This document shows positions 8,318 to 18,258 of a DNA stretch of 64,000 nucleotides, piece by piece. How positions within the stretch are numbered: the stretch's first letter is position 1; every line of letters begins with the position of its first letter. Made by a program: the position numbers and the translations under genes. The stretch is from Patescibacteria group bacterium (GTDB lineage: Bacteria; Patescibacteriota; Patescibacteriia; Veblenbacterales; UBA10138). Location: assembly GCA_041645215.1 (NCBI GenBank), contig JBAZQK010000004.1, positions 2,475 to 66,474 on the forward strand, in the 5' to 3' direction. Below the pieces are notes generated by a model. It was given only the letters and a program-made list of their open reading frames with translations, ran no database searches and was not told the DNA's origin.

Positions 8318-9889
8318 CTAAGGCTTAATTCCCTCTGCCGGCATGGTTTCGGCTGGAGCTGGCTTGGGCGACGGCACAAATTTATTGATGTCGAAATTTA
8401 AACTGGGCGGGTTAAATTGTTGTAACCCATTTTCCCAAGGCATCACATCTTTTTTACCCGTTAACTCCTGCATGTTGTTGTCAAAATCATTCCTTAACTC
8501 TTGCATTTCCATCAAACCCGAGGTGATTGCCTCTTCATCAATTGGCTTGACTTTGACTAATTCTAAAATTTCATTACCCTTGGCTTTGGACTGATTAAAC
8601 AGATCCTCTAATCCCGCCGTGTCAATTTTTTGCCGCTTTAATCTATTGATTTGCAGTTGCGCTTGGTTGATGCCTTGCTTAAATTCTCTGGTAAATTGGC
8701 CCAAATTGCTCATTGTTTGAATGACTCGTTGGTTTTGCCAGACATCTTCCATTTGACCAAAAAAGTCATCCGGCAGCGATTCAAAAATACCTTGAGCAAT
8801 TTCAGCATCACCGATTTGGATTTTATTGACAGCTTCATCTCTGACGGCTTTTAATTTATTAACCGCCGCCTCAAAGTCAGTATAAAGCGAAGTCAGGTCA
8901 ATGCCTTTTTTTTGCAGGCGGTCCACAATACTTTTACTGCGCTTGAGCGCGCTAGTCAGTTGTTTTAACTGTCTGTCCATATCCCTCAGGGTCTGCGGCC
9001 AGCGAACAAACATTTCCAACTGTTGACGGCTTTGTTGCAAATTGTCCATAAATTCCTGGATTTGATCAAGTCCGGCGTTTTCAATTTCGGTCCAGGTTTT
9101 GGCGTTGTTAATAATAGCAATAACAGCTTTTAATTTATCAAGGTTGTCAGTCACCTGGATTGGAACGCCTATTTTTTGTCTTTTCAGGGTAGCAATCTGC
9201 TTTTCAAACATTTTCACATCCCGTTCCAGACCACGCATATTGCGTTTAATATCATTAATCCGTTGGGCGGCCTCAACATATTCCTGGCGCGCTTCTTCTA
9301 GTGACCGCATCTCTTCGTTTAATCCTTCCATATCAATGTCCCCCATTTCATCCGTACTTTGGGCGACTTTAACAGATTTTATTGTTTCTTTAACTTTGGT
9401 TAGTTTGTCTTTTACTTCCGTGGGAATGTTAATGCCTTTCTTTTCCGCACTTTGGAACATGCGCTCCAGCCTGGTTAAATTAAGACCCATTTGATTTAAG
9501 CCGCGCTTCATGTCTGATAACTGCCGGTTTCTGTTTTCTTGTTCTCTTTTCATCATGTCTTCTTCACTCGGCCCAGCTGGCGCTCCGCTTGGACCAAAAC
9601 TTTCGCCCCCCGGACTCATGGGGCCTTGGTTATAATTACTGCACGGCCCGGGCATTTCTTGGCCGTTAATATTGCAAGTTTGTCCCGAGGTGTTAGGTTG
9701 CATTCCTGCTGGCGGTTGTGGCAAGGGTGTTTGTTCACCCAAAACTTTTTGTCGGCTCACTTTCCAGGCGTCTTTAAAATAGCTCGGCACTTCCAGATAA
9801 AAAGCTTGGGCCGGCATGGCTACCAGCCAAACGACTAATAATGCCAAGATAATATTAAATTTCCTGGCAAAAGATGATAATTTACACAT
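8318..9889 (-). CDS. hypothetical secreted/membrane-anchored coiled-coil protein
   Basis: N-terminal signal/TM (LALLVVWLVAMPAQA), Pro/Gln-rich low-complexity region, then a long heptad-rich coiled-coil region. Confidence 0.65.
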   Translation of the reverse strand: MCKLSSFARKFNIILALLVVWLVAMPAQAFYLEVPSYFKDAWKVSRQKVLGEQTPLPQPPAGMQPNTSGQTCNINGQEMPGPCSNYNQGPMSPGGESFGPSGAPAGPSEEDMMKREQENRNRQLSDMKRGLNQMGLNLTRLERMFQSAEKKGINIPTEVKDKLTKVKETIKSVKVAQSTDEMGDIDMEGLNEEMRSLEEARQEYVEAAQRINDIKRNMRGLERDVKMFEKQIATLKRQKIGVPIQVTDNLDKLKAVIAIINNAKTWTEIENAGLDQIQEFMDNLQQSRQQLEMFVRWPQTLRDMDRQLKQLTSALKRSKSIVDRLQKKGIDLTSLYTDFEAAVNKLKAVRDEAVNKIQIGDAEIAQGIFESLPDDFFGQMEDVWQNQRVIQTMSNLGQFTREFKQGINQAQLQINRLKRQKIDTAGLEDLFNQSKAKGNEILELVKVKPIDEEAITSGLMEMQELRNDFDNNMQELTGKKDVMPWENGLQQFNPPSLNFDINKFVPSPKPAPAETMPAEGIKP

Positions 9890-10200
9890 AAGTTATTTTT
9901 AAAATTTAAGATTAAAATACTATCGACTTTTTAAAAACCATATTAAATGAAGCTTCTACGGGTTTATGGTTCGACTATGCTCACCATCCTGAGATTGTCG
10001 AAGGACGCCAGTAACATCCTTCATTTCTTCGTCCCGCCACGGCGGGACGAAGGCGGATAAAGGCAGGAAATATATATCCATTATACCATATAATTAAAAA
10101 ATAAAACACCAACCCAACGCTTTCACGTCGGTTTGTACTGTACACACTGGCTCGCTGTTGTGCTTGCCTGCCTTGAGTGGGGAGGAAATTAGAACTAAAA

Positions 10201-10998
10201 TTACGGCCAAATACGGTTATATGGATGGAATATTCTGAATCCGTTTTTTCTTTTTAACTCTGACAAAATTAGTGATTTCTTGATTTCAACACCACGTGCA
10301 TTTAATGGAGTTTCACCTCGTTTCCCCCGACTGTCAAACCACCAAACGCCTAAATTTCTTTTATAGATTGGTGTGCCAAATATCTTTGCATACGTTGGAA
10401 TTTTATATTCTAGCATTCCTCTCTCTTTATTAGGTATTTCTTGCCACTTCCTAAAGAAGCTTCGCGGTAAAATTTGAAGTATAAACAAACTGCATAGCAG
10501 TCTTCCTTTATATCCATACTTTTGCTCTAAATATTTCTTAAAAGCAACATAGTCATTCCGCCGTTTACTTTGAGGTTTAGTCCAGTTCCAACGTACCTCT
10601 ATATTTTTATCTAATATACGAGTTCCCGATATGAATAACTGATCATTTTTTAAACCAGGAAACTGCTTCTTTATTGAGCCAAGGACTAAGGCATCCCATT
10701 GAATTACAACAATACTGTCCCACTTAAGTCGTCTCCCTTGTTTTTTATACCAGTCAAGAATCATTAGGTCACCATGGATCCATTTCCACGCAGTTGATTT
10801 AGCATGTTTTGAACTAACATAAAAATCGTTCAAAAGAGGTACAAGCAATTTTCTGTACTTAGAAACTTCTTTTTTTGTGCCACCATAAAGTCCGTAGATG
10901 GGTAGTCTCGGATTGTATCTCTTAATAAGCTCCAGACGATTTTTACATATGTCTGATTTTTGATAAAACCAAAATAATACTGCGAGTTTCATATACAA
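10201..10998 (-). CDS. hypothetical protein (Lys/Arg/Trp-rich)
   Basis: 265-aa ORF with clean start and strong coding periodicity. No recognised motif. Confidence 0.55.
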   Translation of the reverse strand: MYMKLAVLFWFYQKSDICKNRLELIKRYNPRLPIYGLYGGTKKEVSKYRKLLVPLLNDFYVSSKHAKSTAWKWIHGDLMILDWYKKQGRRLKWDSIVVIQWDALVLGSIKKQFPGLKNDQLFISGTRILDKNIEVRWNWTKPQSKRRNDYVAFKKYLEQKYGYKGRLLCSLFILQILPRSFFRKWQEIPNKERGMLEYKIPTYAKIFGTPIYKRNLGVWWFDSRGKRGETPLNARGVEIKKSLILSELKRKNGFRIFHPYNRIWP

Positions 10999-11448
10999 AT
11001 TATATCACAGTCCGTGTTTACTTACGTAAAGTAAAAATATCAGATTCAATCAGGTGATTTAACTGGCCCCGGGGGTCACTTCGACAAGCTCAGGACACAT
11101 TAAACCAAAACCATTCGCCAGGCTCATTGTTTTTAAAATTCGACAGGCCCATGGCACAAAGCCATGGGCCTGTCGAATGGCTCCCCAGCCATCACGCTGT
11201 TATAAGTTTGCTATCGAATATAGATTACTCAAATACTGGATGGCCTTAAAATTATAGCTCCGGGTCGTGGTGCCTGCCTGACGGCAGGCAGGGACATTAA
11301 AACTGGAGTGATAGCTAAGGCTGCAGCCTTAGCCTAAGTACCCCACACCCCAGCACCAGCATAGCTTCCTATTGACTCATTATTTCTTTTATTGTAAGGT
11401 CTTTATGAAGACCACAAAAGTACCCAACAAACAAAAAAAGAGGTAAAA

Positions 11449-12303
11449 ATGAAAACCCTTAAAATTCTACTTGTCGGTTTTATTTTGTTTATCGCTATCT
11501 CCTGTCAGAGCGAAAAGGACAAAACCAATCCTCCTAACTCAGAGCAGTCAAACATAACTACTAAATATGGGGAACCAGAAGAATACTTTCCCATGGTCAT
11601 CGGCAAAAAATGGAAATACAATATTAAATTGGCCGAGAACAAAGAAATGAGCCCATTGCAATATGAAGTAGTTAGCTGGCCAATAGGAAAAAATGCTATT
11701 TCCTACTTAACACGCGGCATATTATACAGCCGAGACAAAAATGACGACCTCTGGTTAGTTCTTCAAATTGATAGCTCGGCGTCAAAACAAGGACCGTTGC
11801 AATTCCCAATCGGTGTGAGATTAAAAGTGTTACGCGATGATTTACGTATCTACGGCTGGCCGGAATATAATGAAGGTATTTACTGGGCCCGCCCAGCATC
11901 TGGCCGGTTTCAAGTTACCGAAGTGGTTTTGTATGACCCTATGGGCCCGGGTGCGCCGCGGATAGGCAGTTGGGGTGGATGGGGTGCAGAGCCCGGCTAT
12001 TCATTAGGAATTAAATTCTTTGGTGGTCGTCCGAATACTAGTATTAGTTTGGGAAAGAATAGTCCCGATCGTCTAGTATTTATCGGACCAGAGGATTTTG
12101 CCGGTTCAACTGCCCTGCATTTTAGGCGTCTGGTAGGCGAGGATAGTGAAAACGATTACGGAAAATCAAAAAACATCAAGGCTGATTACTTAAACAAATC
12201 GTTCACTGAGGATATGTGGTACCTCAGGCACGTGGGGTTAGTACGCTTGGTCCAAATAGTCGATGGAACAAGGACAATGGTTTGGACACTTGAAGGGCAT
12301 TGA
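11449..12303 (+). CDS. hypothetical lipoprotein
   Basis: Signal peptide with lipobox LFIAISC, then a hydrophilic domain. Confidence 0.65.
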   Translation: MKTLKILLVGFILFIAISCQSEKDKTNPPNSEQSNITTKYGEPEEYFPMVIGKKWKYNIKLAENKEMSPLQYEVVSWPIGKNAISYLTRGILYSRDKNDDLWLVLQIDSSASKQGPLQFPIGVRLKVLRDDLRIYGWPEYNEGIYWARPASGRFQVTEVVLYDPMGPGAPRIGSWGGWGAEPGYSLGIKFFGGRPNTSISLGKNSPDRLVFIGPEDFAGSTALHFRRLVGEDSENDYGKSKNIKADYLNKSFTEDMWYLRHVGLVRLVQIVDGTRTMVWTLEGH

Positions 12304-12513
12304 ACCCAAACATCAGCATGCATAGTTGCTGTCGATTTAGCTCGGCAGCAATTTTTTTAATGAGCGATGATTCAAATTTACTCCCAGACATCACTATAGC
12401 CTGGAAACAAAGAACTCACGTGCGTAACGATAAAAATGGTGGACAAAAGTCCTTGGCTCCGCATCGTGGAGGATATTAGAATCAGGATTGTGGTGAAATA
12501 TATGGCTAAAGTC

Positions 12514-12594
12514 TTAAAATCCACAAATGTTCCCAACATTGGCCGTTATGGGTACCAGTAACAGACCGCCCAATATGTTAAGTGATTTTTTCAT
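12514..12594 (-). pseudogene. remnant duplicate of the N-terminus of the 13468..14520 gene
   Basis: Encodes MKKSLNILGGLLLVPITA...CGF* versus MKKSFNLLGGLLLVPATA... of the downstream gene. Includes an exact 25-nt match gtcttaaaatccacaaatgttccca (12511-12535 vs 14413-14437). Confidence 0.5.
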
Positions 12595-12679
12595 AAATTA
12601 AACTATTAAATATTCAAATTAATTACATAACCTTTCATATTTTTTATAATTAAGAATTAATAAATTAATCATTATAATT

Positions 12680-13411
12680 TTACAGCCGTGATACCACAAA
12701 AGCCACCAAAAAACCAAAAACCGTTAAGGCGCTAATGGTAAACCCGCCCTCTTCATAAGCTTCCGGCATCATGTTAGCCGCCAGCATAGCCAGGATAGCG
12801 CCGGCCGCTAATGATTCCAAAATACCGATAGTGTTTGGACTTAAATCGTGTAAAAATAAATAACTAAATATCGTTATCAAAGTGATGAACAAGCTGGCGG
12901 CAAGCCAAGTGACAAAGATTTTGCCTGGCTTAAAGCCGGCTTTTTTCAAGCCACTGGCTGAAGCTACACCTTCGGGAAAGTTAGAAATGGCAATAGCCGC
13001 CAGCATCATCAAGCCAATATTTGGCTGGGCAAATAAGGTTATACCGAGGGCTATTGATTCAGGAATACCGTCTAACATTGAACCTAAGGTTATCATAAAT
13101 CCACTAGGTTCGCGTGGCGTAATTTTGAATTGATGGCGTTTATGCTTGCGACCACCCAGGTAGTGCACCAAATAATCGCTGCCGATATATATTAAGCCGC
13201 CAGCCAGAAACCCGATTATAACCGCGTCAAAACCGCCGCTTAAGAAAGCTTCGTCCATCAAACCAAAGGTTAGCGCGCAAATCAGCGCCCCGGCGCCAAA
13301 AGCCATAAAAGCCGCGATAGTCCTCTGCTCCCAGCGGCTATAAACACCACAGGCGGCTCCTAAAAGAAGACTAAAGCCATTCACCAGCGCAAAGGCAATT
13401 ATTTGAGTCAT
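12680..13411 (-). CDS. ZIP-family divalent metal transporter (ZupT-like)
   Basis: Multi-TM protein. HDLSPNT and NFPEGVA motifs (ZIP HNxPEG-like). His-rich loop GGRKHKRHQ. Confidence 0.8.
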   Translation of the reverse strand: MTQIIAFALVNGFSLLLGAACGVYSRWEQRTIAAFMAFGAGALICALTFGLMDEAFLSGGFDAVIIGFLAGGLIYIGSDYLVHYLGGRKHKRHQFKITPREPSGFMITLGSMLDGIPESIALGITLFAQPNIGLMMLAAIAISNFPEGVASASGLKKAGFKPGKIFVTWLAASLFITLITIFSYLFLHDLSPNTIGILESLAAGAILAMLAANMMPEAYEEGGFTISALTVFGFLVAFVVSRL

Positions 13412-13467
13412 AGCAAATTAATATTTAGGTAATTTATCATACAAAAGCGAAGCCATGAACCAGGCAA

Positions 13468-14520
13468 TTAATTCAAGGGCTTATTATTTTCTAATTGTTT
13501 CCGTAAAGTTTCGCCTTTGGTAGCAACGGCGTCAACTTCGGCTTTAATCTGATTAAGCACAGTCTGGGGCACGCCAAAATCATTAGGAATTTTAACGTCA
13601 CCCAGTTTGGGCGTCAGGTCAGGAATATTTATTTGGGGCGCACCGGGTGGAAGTTTAATAATTGGAATAATACCAGTGGGCAAACCTATTTCATTCAATG
13701 TTATATCCAAAACAATGTCTGGTCCGCCCGTGCCAGTGGGATAAGGAAAAGCGAGCGGCAATGGCGGCAAGTCAATCCGGGCGGCCAAGGTCATTCTAAT
13801 AACCCGGCCATCATTGGCAAATGATTTAATTTTAATAAAACTTGGCAAATACGGTTCGATGACCTGGCGATTGATATAATCCTTCATACCGGCCTCAATG
13901 CGCGCCTTAATATCGCTCTCGTTGGGCAACTGCGCTAAAGCGGCGGCAGGAATATCCGCCGGTATCAACGGTTTAAACATCTTCTCAAACTGAATATAGG
14001 CTAGTTCCGCCTCCTTGGCCAAATCCACATTAATATCTACCTCCACATTTTTAATGCTCATTTTGCCGGATTTATAAGTGCCGGCCGGAATGTTAAGCTG
14101 CCCTAAATTAACCATATTTTTCCCTGGGTACAAAGTTTTAACGCCGCTGGCCGGTAGAACCACCATCTCCTGATTTTGGTCGTTTACAAAAATTAGATCA
14201 CCCATCTCCACCCTAATTTCAGGCACGCTGACCGAAGGCCTGAGGTTGGGCGGATCGGTTAGAAAGATATTTATTTTGCCAACTAAAAATTGCACATAAG
14301 GCGAGATTAGAATACCAATCACAATGGCACCAGCCCAGAATTTTGGCAACTTTATAATAAAATGTAATATCGCCACTACCACCACGGCCACGCCAGCGGC
14401 CAGGGCCAAAGTCTTAAAATCCACAAATGTTCCCAGTTTGGCTTCGGCCGCTAGCGCCGCCCCATAGGCCGTTGCGGGCACCAGCAACAAACCACCTAAG
14501 AGGTTGAATGATTTTTTCAT
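13468..14520 (-). CDS. hypothetical exported membrane-anchored protein
   Basis: N-terminal signal plus TM, Pro-rich C-terminal half. Its N-terminus is duplicated as a remnant at 12514..12594. Confidence 0.6.
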   Translation of the reverse strand: MKKSFNLLGGLLLVPATAYGAALAAEAKLGTFVDFKTLALAAGVAVVVVAILHFIIKLPKFWAGAIVIGILISPYVQFLVGKINIFLTDPPNLRPSVSVPEIRVEMGDLIFVNDQNQEMVVLPASGVKTLYPGKNMVNLGQLNIPAGTYKSGKMSIKNVEVDINVDLAKEAELAYIQFEKMFKPLIPADIPAAALAQLPNESDIKARIEAGMKDYINRQVIEPYLPSFIKIKSFANDGRVIRMTLAARIDLPPLPLAFPYPTGTGGPDIVLDITLNEIGLPTGIIPIIKLPPGAPQINIPDLTPKLGDVKIPNDFGVPQTVLNQIKAEVDAVATKGETLRKQLENNKPLN

Positions 14521-14530
14521 AAATTGGAGT

Positions 14531-14926
14531 TTAAATATGCAAATTAATTACCAATGGTATAAGCGTATAATAAACCAGTAGCGACAGCAGTAGCCAGAGC
14601 AGAGAAAACTTAAAACAAATCAAACCTTTATAATTTAACCAACAACCAGAATAGTCCCAATCTAATTTTAAATTATGTTTTAATAAATAAACAGCCACGG
14701 CCAATTCCATCCCGGTGGTGAAGACGATGATTAACAATACTTGGTATATTAAGGCCAAACCGTAAAAATGTAAAAACCATAAAAATACCGCCGTGGCAGC
14801 ATACATCTGCACATTAACCAACCGTGGCCGTATTAGTTTATGTCTTTCAACTGACTTATAAATAAACTCCGCCACCGAACCAATCACCAAACCGGAAATA
14901 AAAACGATTATTAATTTAAGTAACAT
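14531..14926 (-). CDS. hypothetical small integral membrane protein
   Basis: 131 aa with 3-4 hydrophobic helices. Confidence 0.45.
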   Translation of the reverse strand: MLLKLIIVFISGLVIGSVAEFIYKSVERHKLIRPRLVNVQMYAATAVFLWFLHFYGLALIYQVLLIIVFTTGMELAVAVYLLKHNLKLDWDYSGCWLNYKGLICFKFSLLWLLLSLLVYYTLIPLVINLHI

Positions 14927-15093
14927 AAATTATAATACCTCCGACCAATTGTTCATCGAAATAATTTTCCCTAGGCCCTTTTTATTATACGCTAAATCAG
15001 CAAAATACCTTATAGACTAACCAGATTAATCAAAAAACATCTAAGGTGGTATAATATTATGACACAAGCAATTAACTCTTAGCCTTTAAATAT

Positions 15094-15381
15094 ATGCTTA
15101 ATGGACTTAGAGAAACCTCAATAGACAAACCGACCACAGATACAGATAAAGAAAAAAGTGATTTAGTAGTTGACCCAGAAGGAAAACTGAAATTAAATAA
15201 AGAAACCTGGGAACTTAGCTCCAAAGCCAGAAAAATGATTGAGAACCGTTGTCAAAGCCAGAAACTGACAGTTAAATTCCTAAAAGATTCCGTAGAACTC
15301 ACTTTCCCAAGCGGCCAGACAAAAACCTTTCCTAATGAAATTGCCATGCAATCTATTCTGAAAGTGCCGAACTGGTATTAA
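15094..15381 (+). CDS. hypothetical protein
   Basis: 95-aa hydrophilic ORF. No motif. Confidence 0.35.
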   Translation: MLNGLRETSIDKPTTDTDKEKSDLVVDPEGKLKLNKETWELSSKARKMIENRCQSQKLTVKFLKDSVELTFPSGQTKTFPNEIAMQSILKVPNWY

Positions 15382-15434
15382 GTTGCTGTCACAAAACACC
15401 CAGCTGACTAACCAGCTGGGTGTTTTATTATTTA

Positions 15435-15535
15435 CCCCGTTAGAAACAGAATGCCCCGCGGCTTGCCGCGGGGATGAATGCCGGTCGGTTTTAGCGAACA
15501 CGGTGTTTAATGCCCCGTGTGAGTTTCTAACGGGG
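15435..15535. mobile_element. MITE-like element A, CCCCGTTAGAA-TIR family (101 bp)
   Basis: ccccgttagaaac...gtttctaacgggg, 13-bp perfect TIRs. Internal hairpin gccccgcggcttgccgcgggg. Homologous inverted copy at 50898..51001. Confidence 0.7.
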
Positions 15536-15536
15536 T

Positions 15537-16061
15537 TTACAAAATAATTGGAAAAACCTTAAACAATAAGAACAACCAAAGTATAATTTTAACCACCAAC
15601 TCCAGTGGCACTCTAACATAAGAAATTGTCGGCCGAGCCAAATAACTTTCCAGCGCCAACCATACGGCCATAATTACATCCCACCAGATAAAAAACAGGA
15701 AAAAGTTAAACTGATAGCCGGTAAGACCATAAAGAACTATTAATATGGCAATATTGCTGAATTTATCACTCCAGTGGTCAAGATAACCTCCGAAGTATGT
15801 AACTTTGTTTTTTAAACGCGCCATCGCCCCATCCAGCAAATCCAAAAAATAAACCAAGCCGAAGACCAAAACCTGAATTAAGCTTGGTTTAAATATCGCC
15901 CAGGGCAACCAAACCAGTAATATCACGCTGCGAAATATAGTTACCTGATTCGGTGTCAACCACTCTGGCAAAATTTTTACCAAAGGTATGAATTTTTTAT
16001 CCTTGGTCAGCCTTAGCTGGTCGTGAAACTTGGAAAGATTTTGTCCAATTTTGCTTAACAT
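15537..16061 (-). CDS. CDP-alcohol phosphatidyltransferase family protein
   Basis: D-x2-DG-x2-AR-x8-G-x3-D-x3-D motif (DLLDGAMARLKNKVTYFGGYLDHWSD) in a multi-TM protein. Confidence 0.8.
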   Translation of the reverse strand: MLSKIGQNLSKFHDQLRLTKDKKFIPLVKILPEWLTPNQVTIFRSVILLVWLPWAIFKPSLIQVLVFGLVYFLDLLDGAMARLKNKVTYFGGYLDHWSDKFSNIAILIVLYGLTGYQFNFFLFFIWWDVIMAVWLALESYLARPTISYVRVPLELVVKIILWLFLLFKVFPIIL

Positions 16062-16177
16062 AAATTTTAGGTTCTTATATTATAGCACTAATAACCAACG
16101 GTTGTCCGAGTATTAATTATAATAAAAACCAGCGCTTCCTAAGAATTGCTGGCTTGAACAATTTGTCAGCTCGTTTG

Positions 16178-16360
16178 TTAACGAGCCTTTTTCTTTTTGA
16201 AAAAGTATATCACCGCGGCTGTAGCAGTGACCGCCAGGGTTGAAAGAAATCCCCAGGCGAAACCCTGATTGGCATTTTTACCTTTATCTTTAAAATAGCG
16301 GTAGCCTACTATTCCAACCAACAGGGCGATAATTACTCCATATATTACTATATTCGGCAT
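16178..16360 (-). CDS. hypothetical small membrane protein
   Basis: 60 aa, two hydrophobic helices, immediately downstream of 16378..17601. Confidence 0.3.
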   Translation of the reverse strand: MPNIVIYGVIIALLVGIVGYRYFKDKGKNANQGFAWGFLSTLAVTATAAVIYFFKKKKAR

Positions 16361-16377
16361 TGTATCCTCCTTAATCG

Positions 16378-17601
16378 TTAGTTGATATTGAAAGAATTGA
16401 CTCTTACTAATTCTCCTTCTTTGACTGTAAATTTCCTGGTCCGGCCGCCTCCTTGTTGATAATATTCTCCCACTGCTAGCAGTACCCTTCTTATCCCACG
16501 CGGGCGGACAGTGAGAACTAACCTTCCAGATGAATTATATATCTTAAAAGCAAAGTTGGTTTCATTATAGAATCTGACCTTACCTTTGAGCGGATACGAC
16601 CTAGAAATAGTGGGTGGTTCTTCATTGTTTTTTAAAGTCGTAGGAGCTGTAATTTCCTCCTGTTTAGGAACGGTGGAAGGCTGAGACGCTTGAGTTTCCG
16701 CAGATATATCCTGATTCTCTTTATATCTTTTATCTACGGCTTTTTCTTTTGGTGGTTCGGAAGCAGGTACTTCAGTCGGCCACAAACCTTTGCTTTTTAA
16801 GACAACCTCCCTACTCACCTTTTTAAGAACATCACCAGTAACAGGATCATAACCTGGTCCAGAATAGAACTTATACTGTCCATCCGGCCACTGGCTGTAA
16901 TATTTCAGCGGTTCGCCAGTTTTCGGATCAAAATCATAATCTTCAGTCGGCCAAAGTCCTTTGCTTTTCAAAATTATTTCCCGAGTCACCTTCTTTACCG
17001 GTTCGCCGGTCAAAGGATCAAAGCCGGGTTGAAGGTAAAATTTGTATTCGCCATTGGGCAGCTGACTGTAATATTGTATCGCTTCTCCAGTTTCCGGATC
17101 AAAAGGCGAATTGTTCTCGGGCCAAAGTCCATTGCTTTTCATACTGACTTCAGGAGTAACTTTTTTGAGCGAGTCACCGGTGAATGGATCAAAGCCGGGT
17201 TCGGAGTAAAACTTGTATTCGCCATTGGGTAGCTGACTGTAATACTTGACGGGTTTACCGGTTTCCGGATCGAAAAAGGTGTTTTTGGAAGCCAGATAGG
17301 CAAACAGGAAGAAAACAGCGATTCCGCCGAAAACGAGCGCGCGATAAAGACTCTTTTTCTTTTCCGGCAAAGGGGTGAAGGCTAAGGCCATGCGACCGAA
17401 AGGCAGCATGACTAGAACAGCTAAGAGTAAGGCGGCAAGCGCCTTGCTTAACTGGACATCCAAGCCGGTGATACCGCGGACTCCACCTTGAATCCAATTA
17501 AATATACTCCAAAAAAATAATAAGTTTCCGCCTGTAAGTAAAAGAAACAGGAGGAATAGGCCGATTATGACCAATACGGCGTTTCTTATGAATTTCTTCA
17601 T
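16378..17601 (-). CDS. hypothetical membrane protein with 4 tandem ~55-aa repeats
   Basis: N-terminal TMs, then four repeats DPETG-PVKYYSQLPNGEYKFY--PGFDP-TG--LKKVT-E---KSKGLWP. The repeats are also visible at DNA level (~165-bp periodicity, 16800-17290). Confidence 0.65.
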   Translation of the reverse strand: MKKFIRNAVLVIIGLFLLFLLLTGGNLLFFWSIFNWIQGGVRGITGLDVQLSKALAALLLAVLVMLPFGRMALAFTPLPEKKKSLYRALVFGGIAVFFLFAYLASKNTFFDPETGKPVKYYSQLPNGEYKFYSEPGFDPFTGDSLKKVTPEVSMKSNGLWPENNSPFDPETGEAIQYYSQLPNGEYKFYLQPGFDPLTGEPVKKVTREIILKSKGLWPTEDYDFDPKTGEPLKYYSQWPDGQYKFYSGPGYDPVTGDVLKKVSREVVLKSKGLWPTEVPASEPPKEKAVDKRYKENQDISAETQASQPSTVPKQEEITAPTTLKNNEEPPTISRSYPLKGKVRFYNETNFAFKIYNSSGRLVLTVRPRGIRRVLLAVGEYYQQGGGRTRKFTVKEGELVRVNSFNIN

Positions 17602-18135
17602 GGCTTACTCTCCTTTTTTGTTATTGTTATTAAAGGACAATTTTGAATTCAGTTTTGAATTCTTTAAATCTTAATATATAGTTAAAAATATGTCAATTTA
17701 TTAATACTAATCAAGGGACAGATAAAAAAGAGGCTCTTGTTTCTCTTAGTACATGTTAGCTTGTGATAATAAATGTTTCAGACAAATAAAAACGAGCGAT
17801 TTAAATCTACTCGTTTAAACATTCTAATTTTTTGTCTTATTTTGATAAGACGCATTTAAAGCTTTGATAAACAGAAATAGAACCCGTACCAAATTTGTCC
17901 GATTTTGATTAACATAAATTTATCTTTTCATTATACCGCAAATCACCGCTGGCACGCTTATTATAAACAAAACAACCCTTCCGAATAAACAAGTTGTTTT
18001 GTTTGGCTCACTGCCGTCAGGCAGGCAGGCGGGGGTGGAACGTCAAACGTTCCTTGTTCGAGTGCCACACACTTACAAAGCAAAACAAAAAACCGCGAAC
18101 CAAAAAATTGGCTGCTTAAAGTATCGTTATAAATT

Positions 18136-18258
18136 TTACTTTTTCTTTCTCTTACTGGCCCTGGCTTCCAGCATCAGACGCTTTATTTCCAATCGCTTCT
18201 TGGTTTTGTGAGAATGTGATTTTTTGCCCTTACCGACTGCTTTTCTTCTTTTTGCCAT
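18136..18258 (-). CDS. possible 40-aa highly basic small protein
   Basis: MAKRRKAVGKGKKSHSHKTKKRLEIKRLMLEARASKRKKK*. Below the ORF-track length cutoff. Flanked by ~45-bp direct repeats. Confidence 0.2.
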   Translation of the reverse strand: MAKRRKAVGKGKKSHSHKTKKRLEIKRLMLEARASKRKKK

